Part shown: piece by piece, positions 55,724-64,000 of the stretch
Layout: every line of letters begins with the position of its first letter
Numbering within the stretch: position 1 is the first letter of the stretch
Sequence record: NC_106721.1
Strand: one strand, 5' to 3'
DNA: 64,000 nt
DNA from: Escherichia phage EC148
Program-made: the position numbers and the translations under genes
Notes under the pieces: model-generated
What the model was told of the DNA's origin: nothing
What the model saw: only the letters and a program-made list of their open reading frames with translations
The model's database searches: none

Positions 55724-56104
55724 ATGGAATTAAAGCCCTATATAGTTGAATCTACATGTGGTAGTTTCCATCTGGGTGTAGATGATATTGCTGAGGCTGT
55801 CTTTGCTGCCACAGGTGATTACTCGCATATAGAGGGTGTTGGATACCCTACCATTATTGGCGATTGGGTGGGAACAAATCTAGATGTATCGCCTTATAAC
55901 CCATATTGCTTGTTTGATGAAGACAGAGATGAAGTAAAATGTAATCTTGAATTTGTGTATAATAGAGTGTTAAAAGTATACCAACGTAGCCCCAATGGGT
56001 ACGAAGATATTACTTGGAGTATTAAACAGTATCTTAAAGATGTATACTCTAGTTTTTCTGACGAAGACCTAGAAACAGTTGCAGTGGAGTTTAATAATGA
56101 CTAA
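55724..56104 (+). CDS. hypothetical protein
   Basis: 126 aa ORF. Confidence 0.45.
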   Translation: MELKPYIVESTCGSFHLGVDDIAEAVFAATGDYSHIEGVGYPTIIGDWVGTNLDVSPYNPYCLFDEDRDEVKCNLEFVYNRVLKVYQRSPNGYEDITWSIKQYLKDVYSSFSDEDLETVAVEFNND

Positions 56105-56303
56105 GAATGTGAAACACCTTAAATATCGCTTAATTTACAACGGACGTATGGAAACAGAAGATCTGGCCCAATTAGCTATTAACTCTAATGAGGTTACAGT
56201 GCGTGCACTGGCAATTGAAAAGTTGCGTGCCTCTTATGAAAATCGTGTTATGGAACTAGAGGAGAAACTTTATGGCATTCTCGAAGCCGATACTACCAGA
56301 TAA
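56079..56303 (+). CDS. hypothetical protein
   Basis: 74 aa ORF. Confidence 0.4.
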   Translation: MQWSLIMTKNVKHLKYRLIYNGRMETEDLAQLAINSNEVTVRALAIEKLRASYENRVMELEEKLYGILEADTTR

Positions 56304-56493
56304 GGGTTTAAACTCCGCTTTGGAAAATGCATTAATGCAGCAGTGGGAAACTGGCTATAAGGATGGTGTTGAATCCTGCGCTACTATGCTAGAAGTTATT
56401 GCTAATACCTTAATGGAGAAAGGCAATAAAGAATTAGCTGAGCTATTAGACAGTATTGGGCAAAACTTCAGAGAACAGGTGAAAAATGCGTAG
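56272..56493 (+). CDS. hypothetical protein
   Basis: 73 aa ORF. Confidence 0.4.
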   Translation: MAFSKPILPDKGLNSALENALMQQWETGYKDGVESCATMLEVIANTLMEKGNKELAELLDSIGQNFREQVKNA

Positions 56494-57322
56494 ATTAATT
56501 ATTATTAGTGGTGCGGGTTTGAGTGTTGAAAGTGGTGTACGAGCCTTCCGTACTGATACTGCTAGTGGTAAAGCATTGTGGGATGACTATGATCTAGAAG
56601 AAGTATGTAATATTCATGCCTTTCGTGGTAATTTTTATCATAAAACCCATATGTTTTACAACAAGCGTCGTGAAGAGCTAAAAACTGTTGAACCCAATCT
56701 TGCGCATTTGCGTATTGGTGAATGGTATAAACAATATCCAGGTCAAGTAGTAAACTTGACTACCAACGTTGATGACCTTATTGAGCGTGCTGGCGTTCCA
56801 CATAGTGACATTCTGCATATTCACGGATATTTAAAAGAGGTTGTTGTAGCTGATAGCTACAATAGTAGCAATAAACGGATTATTGATGTAGGATACAATT
56901 CTATTGATCCAGATGATTATAAATGGGTTAAACCTAATGTAATCTTCTTTGGAGAGCATGCTCCTGCATACGCAGAAATGTATAATGTTTTTGACGGTAT
57001 TACCAGTCAAGATATGATCATTGTGGTTGGTTGCTCTAACCAAGTAATTAACTTCTACTGGGAATTATTTCCTGTTCTTAATAGGACTGCTGCGAAATTT
57101 ATGGTAGTTAACTACTATGATAGTGCCCTCGCGGCGGAACCGGGCTATCAAGGTATGACTCGTAGTGAGATGTACCAGCTGGAAGAACGTGGTGTCCCTT
57201 ACTGGAGTAAAGGTGCGGTAGATGCTTTTAGTGATCCTGATTTTATTGCTCGTGTAGAAGCTCATTTAGAGGGTAGACCTTATGTGTCGAGAAGCAAGGG
57301 AAACAGATATGTCCATAGTTAA
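56486..57322 (+). CDS. Sir2-family (sirtuin-like) NAD-dependent enzyme lacking the zinc-ribbon module
   Basis: 278 aa; GAGLSVESGVRAFR, TTNVDDLIERAG, HIHG, VIFFGE match sirtuin NAD-binding motifs; no CxxC pairs. Confidence 0.6.
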   Translation: MRRLIIISGAGLSVESGVRAFRTDTASGKALWDDYDLEEVCNIHAFRGNFYHKTHMFYNKRREELKTVEPNLAHLRIGEWYKQYPGQVVNLTTNVDDLIERAGVPHSDILHIHGYLKEVVVADSYNSSNKRIIDVGYNSIDPDDYKWVKPNVIFFGEHAPAYAEMYNVFDGITSQDMIIVVGCSNQVINFYWELFPVLNRTAAKFMVVNYYDSALAAEPGYQGMTRSEMYQLEERGVPYWSKGAVDAFSDPDFIARVEAHLEGRPYVSRSKGNRYVHS

Positions 57323-57491
57323 ATCTGTGTATACACACCCCGATGATATATTTGTATGGGCGGATGGTAGTTGGTGCTATCGCTGTGAGCTGTGGGAGAT
57401 GGACTATAAATCCGATGACTATGGTGTTATATATGTTGATACGGTTGAGTATGATACGTTCTTAGAAAGGAACAAAAATGGAAATAAGTAA
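57282..57491 (+). CDS. hypothetical protein
   Basis: 69 aa ORF. Confidence 0.35.
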   Translation: MCREARETDMSIVKSVYTHPDDIFVWADGSWCYRCELWEMDYKSDDYGVIYVDTVEYDTFLERNKNGNK

Positions 57492-57984
57492 TACTCCAAT
57501 TATTTTTCTAGATATTGATGGGGTGCTCAATTCGAGCATCTCCCACCATCATGCACCTGATGACGAAAAGATTTTCTTTGGAAGTGATTGGGTTTTCAAA
57601 CCGCTTCTCAAGGCTTTTCAGGACTTTATTCGTCCTTCTCCGATAATGATTGTTGGAGTATCCTCATGGTTCTCTGTCAGGAATGAGATGGAGAACGTTC
57701 AGATTATGACCGGATTAGGTCTTATCGATCGTTTTCTTGGTACAACGGATTTTACTGGGGGTGGATTATCTAGGGGTAATTCTGTTCTTCGCTTCGTTGA
57801 AAAGCATAAGCTCAAACATTGGTGTGTTCTGGATGACGCTGGTGCTATGATGTACCAGTATCCAACGGTTATAGTCAACGGTAGAACTGGAATAAATCTT
57901 CAAGATTTAATGGCTGTTAGCTATATGCTAGAATTTAGTCCAGATCTTGAAATGTGTAAAGCCCTACAACAATTTAAGGTGTAA
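57478..57984 (+). CDS. HAD-superfamily phosphatase
   Basis: 168 aa; motif I FLDIDGVLN. Confidence 0.5.
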   Translation: MEISNTPIIFLDIDGVLNSSISHHHAPDDEKIFFGSDWVFKPLLKAFQDFIRPSPIMIVGVSSWFSVRNEMENVQIMTGLGLIDRFLGTTDFTGGGLSRGNSVLRFVEKHKLKHWCVLDDAGAMMYQYPTVIVNGRTGINLQDLMAVSYMLEFSPDLEMCKALQQFKV

Positions 57985-57986
57985 AT

Positions 57987-58415
57987 ATGTTCAATAATGT
58001 ATTCTCTAAAGAAGCTAACCCAATTTTGGTTAACTTTTGGCGTACTCTACCGGCTAGCCTGTATAATGAGGCTATTAACTCCTTGAAAATATGGTGTGAG
58101 AATAACGAAATCTCCTTTGCTTTTAAAGATGATATTGATGAGGCCCCCTGTATTGGTTTAATTGTGCAGGTAGAGGATGGTCTTGAAGAGATTGTGGGCT
58201 GGAAAGAGTTAGACGAAATGGGCTTAGTTTTTGCGTTAAATTATAAGCTGTTTATGCCTGCTAAGCATCGCCTTGTTGTTAACTATAAAACTAGTGAATC
58301 TCCTGGTTTTCAGGTTAATGAACGTTATGGTTGGTCTTACTCACCGGAAGAAGTAAATGAGGGGATTCAGAAACTTCGACGTTTCGGGTATATGATCCCA
58401 GGTTTAACTGCTTAA
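57987..58415 (+). CDS. hypothetical protein (paralog A)
   Basis: 142 aa; shares a domain with the next gene (C-x-G-[LV] ... W-x-ELD ... MGL[VI]-x-ALN ... P-GL). Confidence 0.45.
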   Translation: MFNNVFSKEANPILVNFWRTLPASLYNEAINSLKIWCENNEISFAFKDDIDEAPCIGLIVQVEDGLEEIVGWKELDEMGLVFALNYKLFMPAKHRLVVNYKTSESPGFQVNERYGWSYSPEEVNEGIQKLRRFGYMIPGLTA

Positions 58416-58424
58416 GGAGGCAGA

Positions 58425-58817
58425 ATGGAACAAGTATATTGGCGTCAGATTGATCCTAGTTTGGTGAAACGTGCGGAGAAGCTGCTACAACGTTGGTTGG
58501 GGGTAAGACAAGCCTCCTTCACTTTTCCGGAGCAGCAAATAGATGATCCCTGTGTTGGTGTTTTCCTATCCGGCTACGCGGGGGAATGGGAGTTGGATTG
58601 GAATGAGTTGTCTGCTATGGGTTTAATTGTTGCCCTAAATTTCTCTTTGTTCCACCCACGTGGTTTGGCCATATGTCGTGTGTCGGATGATGGTTGTTCG
58701 CCCCATCTTTTACAGGTGGAAGATGATATTTGGGAGTACACTCCAGATATTCTCAAAGAAGCTAAAGAACAATTAAACCGTGTTGGGATTTATGTTCCAG
58801 GCTTAAATGATGAATGA
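58425..58817 (+). CDS. hypothetical protein (paralog B)
   Basis: 130 aa tandem paralog of 57987..58415. Confidence 0.45.
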   Translation: MEQVYWRQIDPSLVKRAEKLLQRWLGVRQASFTFPEQQIDDPCVGVFLSGYAGEWELDWNELSAMGLIVALNFSLFHPRGLAICRVSDDGCSPHLLQVEDDIWEYTPDILKEAKEQLNRVGIYVPGLNDE

Positions 58818-58837
58818 TTTTTATTAGCTGAACTCTG

Positions 58838-58868
58838 ATTACCGAGTCATTTTGGCTCGGTTTTATCC
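58838..58868 (+). terminator. rho-independent terminator
   Basis: stem ACCGAG/CTCGGT followed by TTTTATCC. Confidence 0.55.
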
Positions 58869-58908
58869 GTACTCAAGACCAATGATAGCACCATCCGGAA
58901 AATTTTAC

Positions 58909-58937
58909 TTGCAGGATGCCCAAAATCTTGATATAAT
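58909..58937 (+). promoter_or_regulatory. plus-strand early promoter, TTGCAG-17-TATAAT
   Basis: conserved cassette and leader, but no ORF follows for about 480 nt. Confidence 0.5.
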
Positions 58938-58944
58938 ATTTATA

Positions 58945-59430
58945 TTGAATTGAGAGACATTAGTAAAAATTGATTTTGCTAATTTTTCTTGTTTACAATC
59001 CGCGATACGGAACAGTTAGGCTGCCCCATTAAGGGTTGTTTTAACTGTTACGTGTTAGTTTTTAAACAAATAGTTAATAGAATACTTAGCGATCTGCGTC
59101 CCATAGGAACCCTGGTAAGGCCTCGAAGCAACCTAGTATGAGGTGGTTGTGAAGTGAGATGGGAGGAGTGAAAAACTCCGAGACGTGATTCTGTAAGTTA
59201 TATTGCATCTAGTATGAGCTAGTATATGAAGCATTAGGTGAGCAAATCTGGCTTAGCGGCCATCCTCAAGGATTTGTGCGATATAGCAAAGCAGCAGCGC
59301 AGCGTGAAAGTGGAAGTTGCCACCCCCCTTCAGTATTTGCGATTAATTTGTTGAGAAATTGACAGTAACAGTTGTTCTATTCTTTCTGAATAGTCCTAAA
59401 GAAAACTTATTTTATTTCCAACACAGGAGT
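58945..59430 (+). ncRNA. promoter-driven ORF-free transcript (candidate ncRNA or long structured leader)
   Basis: only 4-10 codon ORFs in any frame; GC-richer than surroundings. Confidence 0.3.
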
Positions 59431-59436
59431 ATTGTT

Positions 59437-62226
59437 GTGTTCTCAATCCTACAAGGTCATGCAGGATTTCATCGCGATTTAGCCACAGGCAATTGGCGAG
59501 AAGTTAAAGCAGAAGACTATCTTTTTGCTAAAAGATTTTCCTCAAAGCATCCTGAAGGTAAACCAGCCTCAATGCCCTTCAAGTTTGATGTAATTGATGA
59601 AGTTGATCCTCAAACCCTAGTAGAAATGCTTCCTCTTATGAGACGTTTAACGTCTGACCCTCATATCGTTGCGGTACGAGGTCGATGTCTTGCACCTAAA
59701 AATAATGTGCGACGTAAGAAGGGCAACTTTAATGTATCTAATCCAAGTCATATAATTGCAATGGACGTGGATGGTATTGTAGATACAGGTGGTTGTAACA
59801 AGTTTGATCTTGTTGGCATGGCTCGACATATTATTAGGATGTTAAATAGTATTAGTGAGGATATGTTTCCTCTTGATGCAGGGTTTATCGCTCATGCATC
59901 GTCTTCGGCTGGGCTAAAACCAGGTATCCGAATGCACTTAATACTAGAATCTAATGTTAAAGTAACTCAGGGTCAAATCAAATTCTTATTTACATCTATC
60001 AATGAAAGTAGTAGACAAAAGTACGGCTTTGATATTGCCGACTTAGCTTATTACTCTTCCGTACAGCTCCATTATTTTGCAGATCCGTTATTTACTGATG
60101 GTATAGTAGATCCGTTTAAGGCGGAGGGTGCTTCACGTCTGGTATTTGTTAAAGGTTCTAAAGTAAATTTACCAAATAATCTGGTTGACTATGAAACAAC
60201 TAGAGGTGAGTTTAAGGAGGAGTTTTACTCTTTACTCGATCAAATTAAAGGTAAAAAAGCTGCCTCTGATAAAGTAGAGGAAACTATCAGCGAACTAGAA
60301 GAAGCTGAGGATGGGGTGTACTTGCGTATTATCCCCAAACTATACCATAGAGCATTAGAGGATGGTGTTGATTTTGCATGGCTAGAAAAAGAAATCCGTC
60401 CAGCCTTATCAGAATATATCGCAACTAAAGATAACAGTCGTAATATTCAAGATTATTTTAATAACGGTCGTAAGCAGGCTCTGAAAGCGTTTGTTAATAA
60501 TTCTAAACGCGATATACCCGATATTTTAAAAGGTATTCCACTTAAAAAGCTAGAAACTAATTCTCTAGAAACTGATAATTTCTTGAAACTAAATACTGTG
60601 CCACCAGAAGGTTATATGACTTTTGTAAAAGCGAGTTTAGGCACAGGTAAAACCACGGCGGTTGTGCGTTGGTTAGATTCAGGAGTTATTAAAGGTAATT
60701 TTTTAGCAATTACCAATACTAGAGCACTGGTATCTTCAAATGCTAAGAAATTTAGTGCAGGACAATACGATAAGTCTGTAGATATGCTTAATTTTAAGCG
60801 TGGTGCTATTGACCGTATGTCCACAACTATTCACTCTTTGCATAAGTTCAAGAGTTTTATTGGTCAAATTGATGCAATCTTTATCGATGAATGTGATGCA
60901 GTAATGAACGACCTATTATTCGCCCCGGTTGTTAAACAACGTCGTGAATGTATTCAGGTTCTTCGGGATATTCTTGCAACTGCAAAAATCATTATATTAT
61001 CTGATGGGGATATTAGTGCAGAAACAATTGAAGCATATGGTTCTTTGATTGAGTTTGATAAACCGGTTGCATTTTATAATCATCACCGTAAAATGCTATC
61101 AAAAGCTCATGCTTATGAGTTCCCTGATGAATCCAGTATTTGGGTTGCACTTCAGACTTCTCTAGAGATGGGTGAGAAATCTATCCTAGTATCTGACTGT
61201 GGGCCAGATGAACTGAATGAGAAGGGCATGGCATTGCGTCGTAATACGGGTGCGTTAGTTAAGGAAATCCACTCAAACTCTACATCTGATGTGGATATTA
61301 GACGTATTCTGGATTATACAACTAATGAGCTAATTGACCAACAAATTGATTGCTTATTATGTAGTCCATCCGTAACGAGTGGAGTTGACTTCAACTATTT
61401 TGATAACGTATTTGTTATTACTAGAACTAGTAACCAGGCGCCAAACATGCGTTTCCAAGCAATCAGGCGCGACCGTGGTGCTCAGAATATTTATTATTTT
61501 ATTGATAAATCTACGAGTGGATTCTCCGCAGGTTCTGAACAATATAACATTGATGAAGGTTGGCTGGAATTAGCACAGCAATTATACGCACGTCGTAGGG
61601 AGCTGGAGTCTAGGAACTATACTAGTACTTTACGTTATTACTTGCTTGATCAGGGTGCAACTATTGATATTTTCAGTGAAAGCTGGGGAAATATCGAAGG
61701 TGCAGGAAAAGAGTACACGGAAGAGCGAATCAAAGCCATTTTGTATTCAACTCCTGATTATTGTGCTCCACGCCATGCAGATGCGTATGAAGCTAAACTA
61801 CTTCTTGTTCGCTACTATCATCTTGAGTCTATCAAAGATGTAACAGTTGAGCATGTTGAACAATATATCAAGGATAAACCGAATGATCGAGCGGCATTCT
61901 TCCATAAGATGCACGAGATGTTCTGGGAGGATATTAAGAAGTGTTCAAATGTCACTATCAAACCATTCATAGAAGCTCTGAAAGGTAAGAAGAAAGATTT
62001 CTTCCTTAAAACAGGTCAAAGTGCTAACCCAAAATATGCCAGAATGTATCTTGGTATGATGGGTATTGGTAAGGATATGAACACGGAGAATATTGTAGAC
62101 TGGTACAGAACTTATTGTAAAATCGAGTGTATGCCAATCCCATATAAGTTTATGACTGATGAGGAAAAACATATGCATGATGAAGCAATGGCAGAGCTAG
62201 GTGCTAGAAATGACAGTGAAGAATAA
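59437..62226 (+). CDS. primase-helicase candidate (prim-pol-like N-terminus plus P-loop ATPase)
   Basis: ORF track 59359..62226; start moved to GTG with AGGAG RBS; IIAMDVDGI (D-x-D), Walker A GTGKTT, Walker B IFIDECDAV. Confidence 0.45.
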   Translation: MFSILQGHAGFHRDLATGNWREVKAEDYLFAKRFSSKHPEGKPASMPFKFDVIDEVDPQTLVEMLPLMRRLTSDPHIVAVRGRCLAPKNNVRRKKGNFNVSNPSHIIAMDVDGIVDTGGCNKFDLVGMARHIIRMLNSISEDMFPLDAGFIAHASSSAGLKPGIRMHLILESNVKVTQGQIKFLFTSINESSRQKYGFDIADLAYYSSVQLHYFADPLFTDGIVDPFKAEGASRLVFVKGSKVNLPNNLVDYETTRGEFKEEFYSLLDQIKGKKAASDKVEETISELEEAEDGVYLRIIPKLYHRALEDGVDFAWLEKEIRPALSEYIATKDNSRNIQDYFNNGRKQALKAFVNNSKRDIPDILKGIPLKKLETNSLETDNFLKLNTVPPEGYMTFVKASLGTGKTTAVVRWLDSGVIKGNFLAITNTRALVSSNAKKFSAGQYDKSVDMLNFKRGAIDRMSTTIHSLHKFKSFIGQIDAIFIDECDAVMNDLLFAPVVKQRRECIQVLRDILATAKIIILSDGDISAETIEAYGSLIEFDKPVAFYNHHRKMLSKAHAYEFPDESSIWVALQTSLEMGEKSILVSDCGPDELNEKGMALRRNTGALVKEIHSNSTSDVDIRRILDYTTNELIDQQIDCLLCSPSVTSGVDFNYFDNVFVITRTSNQAPNMRFQAIRRDRGAQNIYYFIDKSTSGFSAGSEQYNIDEGWLELAQQLYARRRELESRNYTSTLRYYLLDQGATIDIFSESWGNIEGAGKEYTEERIKAILYSTPDYCAPRHADAYEAKLLLVRYYHLESIKDVTVEHVEQYIKDKPNDRAAFFHKMHEMFWEDIKKCSNVTIKPFIEALKGKKKDFFLKTGQSANPKYARMYLGMMGIGKDMNTENIVDWYRTYCKIECMPIPYKFMTDEEKHMHDEAMAELGARNDSEE

Positions 62227-62443
62227 AAAATGGGAAACAAGGAAGTTCCCAGTAAAAGAACGTAAAGTTCCTGTTTACGACACTTCGGAAAAGCTATGTA
62301 GGGTGGTACCGCATAGATTAGCTGGCATCCCTAATATATCCGAATGGTTACTTAAACAACGGAAAACAAACGTGTCTCTTCGCATCGGCTTTGAGTTAGA
62401 TAAAGTCTATGCTGAACTTGCTTCTTTGCTCAAGGAATCGTAA
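62201..62443 (+). CDS. hypothetical protein
   Basis: 80 aa ORF. Confidence 0.4.
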   Translation: MLEMTVKNKKWETRKFPVKERKVPVYDTSEKLCRVVPHRLAGIPNISEWLLKQRKTNVSLRIGFELDKVYAELASLLKES

Positions 62444-62451
62444 AAATTTAT

Positions 62452-62480
62452 TTGCATAGTGCAAAAAATTTCTGTATAAT
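62452..62480 (+). promoter_or_regulatory. plus-strand early promoter, TTGCAT-17-TATAAT
   Basis: conserved cassette, leader ATTCATAAATTTGAGAGAGGAG before ATG 62512. Confidence 0.55.
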
Positions 62481-62511
62481 AGATTCATAAATTTGAGAGA
62501 GGAGTTTAAAT

Positions 62512-63216
62512 ATGGCTGGTTCTCGTAGAAAGAAACATATCCATGAAATCCCGGATGAAGTCTTTAAAAAGGTTATAGAGCATCTGGAGAACGGTGGTAC
62601 CAAGAAAGCAGCATGTGAAATGCTCGGCGTATCATCCAATCCAACTATGGAAAGGATGATTGAAGAATGGCAAGACCGCCAGATTCAAGTGGCTGAAATG
62701 AAGAAAAAGAAACGTGGCACACTCATTGAAGGCATTGAGTTAGCTAACGTTATTGAACAGTATTTGTCTGGTGATTCTTTTGAAGAAATTGCCGATCGTA
62801 ATTACCGCTCTGTAGCAATGGTTAAATCTGTTCTGGAACGATATGGTGCTCTGCTTCGTTTGAATGATATTGTAGATCCATTGAATCCTCCAATTATTCC
62901 TGATGATGCTGTAGCAGAAGAATTTGCAGTTGGTGAGCTTGTTTGGGTTCCTGGATACCAGTGTATCGGTGAAATCAAAAAAGCAATGGATAACCCTGTT
63001 GGTTGTTACCGTGTATGGCTTCTATCAGAAGGCAAACAACAGAACGTTCATTATATGAATTACGAGCTGGCTTCTGTTAAACATCTGGAAAAGTTAGGGG
63101 TAGACGTAAAATCTCTAGGATATAAGTGGACTCGTGAAGAAATTATTACGTTGATTAACGAAGCTGTTAAGGCTGCCCTGAAACTTGATAAAGAAAAAGG
63201 AAAACGCCGTGAGTAA
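62512..63216 (+). CDS. helix-turn-helix DNA-binding protein
   Basis: 234 aa; HTH-like GGTKKAACEMLGVSSN near N-terminus; could correspond to a D5-like regulator but unverified. Confidence 0.45.
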   Translation: MAGSRRKKHIHEIPDEVFKKVIEHLENGGTKKAACEMLGVSSNPTMERMIEEWQDRQIQVAEMKKKKRGTLIEGIELANVIEQYLSGDSFEEIADRNYRSVAMVKSVLERYGALLRLNDIVDPLNPPIIPDDAVAEEFAVGELVWVPGYQCIGEIKKAMDNPVGCYRVWLLSEGKQQNVHYMNYELASVKHLEKLGVDVKSLGYKWTREEIITLINEAVKAALKLDKEKGKRRE

Positions 63217-63460
63217 GCTAACAGATTTGCTTAAAGATGGGGAAGTAAAAACTCTATATCGTAGAAGCTGGGATAATGACAATAATGGCTTAGTGTTACT
63301 AACTTTAGACGCTGACTCAGATGTAGTTACCCAACATACCTGGGTAGCTGGTAATTATCCCTATAGTGAGGTTGTTACGTTAACAGTATGCGAAGCTATT
63401 GCTGACGATTGGGAGATTGCCAGCATTGATGATATGCTTGCTGTTGGCCTGGTGGAGTAA
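63185..63460 (+). CDS. hypothetical protein
   Basis: 91 aa ORF. Confidence 0.4.
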   Translation: MIKKKENAVSKLTDLLKDGEVKTLYRRSWDNDNNGLVLLTLDADSDVVTQHTWVAGNYPYSEVVTLTVCEAIADDWEIASIDDMLAVGLVE

Positions 63461-63477
63461 CTACAGAAAAATTTCAG

Positions 63478-63506
63478 TTGCTTAATCCTATAATTCTTGA
63501 TATAAT
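63478..63506 (+). promoter_or_regulatory. plus-strand early promoter, TTGCTT-17-TATAAT
   Basis: conserved cassette. Confidence 0.5.
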
Positions 63507-63563
63507 ATTCTCATAGTTTGAAAGAACTATTCTGTTTAATTCTTAATTAAGGAAATATAAAAT

Positions 63564-63974
63564 ATGACTACTCCAACTCAGTGGACTGATGAACTGTTCG
63601 AAAAAATGTCTTCCGAATACGTTGCTCGTATGGAGCAATTCCCAGAGGATGAACGTCCGGGTGTTAGCATGGAAATTGTTAGCGAAATTGCTCAGGAAAA
63701 TGGTGTAACTCCGAACGGTTTTCGTATGAAGTTGACCAAAGCAGGTGTATATATCAAGAAAGCTGCTGGCTCTGCTTCTAAATCTAGTGCATCTACTGGA
63801 GAAAAAGCTTCTGGTGGTTCTCGCACTTCCAAAGCCCAAGCTCATGCCGATCTTCGTTCAGCATTCTCTGATGCTGGCCTAGCACCAGATTTTCTGGATG
63901 ATGCAATTATCGACAAACTGACCGGTAAAGCGGCTGCTCATCTGGCAGAAGCAATCCGAGCTATCACTAAGTAA
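63564..63974 (+). CDS. hypothetical protein
   Basis: 136 aa ORF, Ala/Ser-rich C-terminal half. Confidence 0.45.
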   Translation: MTTPTQWTDELFEKMSSEYVARMEQFPEDERPGVSMEIVSEIAQENGVTPNGFRMKLTKAGVYIKKAAGSASKSSASTGEKASGGSRTSKAQAHADLRSAFSDAGLAPDFLDDAIIDKLTGKAAAHLAEAIRAITK

Positions 63975-64000
63975 TTTTTAGATAAATCCACCAACAAAAG

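Noticed and set aside
1-64000. Integrase, transposase or IS elements indicating a prophage or mobile-element boundary
   Set aside because: No recombinase, transposase or terminal inverted-repeat signatures were recognised; organisation is that of a lytic T5-like genome.

Overview
This 64 kb window reads as the left arm of a T5-like siphovirus (Tequintavirus-type organisation), judged from gene content and order only; no database search was possible. Positions 1-9100 hold a pre-early block: a HAD-type 5'-deoxyribonucleotidase (dmp-like), an A1-like metallophosphoesterase and an A2-like protein on the minus strand, an ORF-free 900 bp region with DnaA boxes, and a plus-strand set of small genes including three overlapping 40-49 aa membrane peptides. 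Positions 9100-10600 are ORF-free and packed with direct repeats and palindromes, consistent with a terminal-repeat boundary or injection-stop region. From 10.8 kb to 53.4 kb there is a long minus-strand early block driven by about 20 near-identical sigma70 promoter-leader cassettes. It contains phosphatases, a thioredoxin-like protein, holin and an endolysin that looks near-identical to the T5 enzyme, a spanin pair, dNMP kinase, a GrcA-like glycyl-radical cofactor, a cluster of about 27 tRNAs (28.5-40.5 kb), an SPFH protein, a NADAR protein, RNase H, ThyA, DHFR, NrdB, NrdA and PhoH. From 53.7 kb a plus-strand block carries NrdD, a zinc-module-less Sir2, a HAD phosphatase, a primase-helicase candidate and an HTH protein. 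The most unusual items are a self-contained plus-strand three-gene cassette (37.0-38.8 kb) embedded in the minus-strand tRNA region, an early ORF with an in-frame TGA next to the tRNA cluster, and several non-canonical tRNA-like elements. All coordinates are hand-derived; tRNA ends are +/-2 nt and anticodons were folded by eye.
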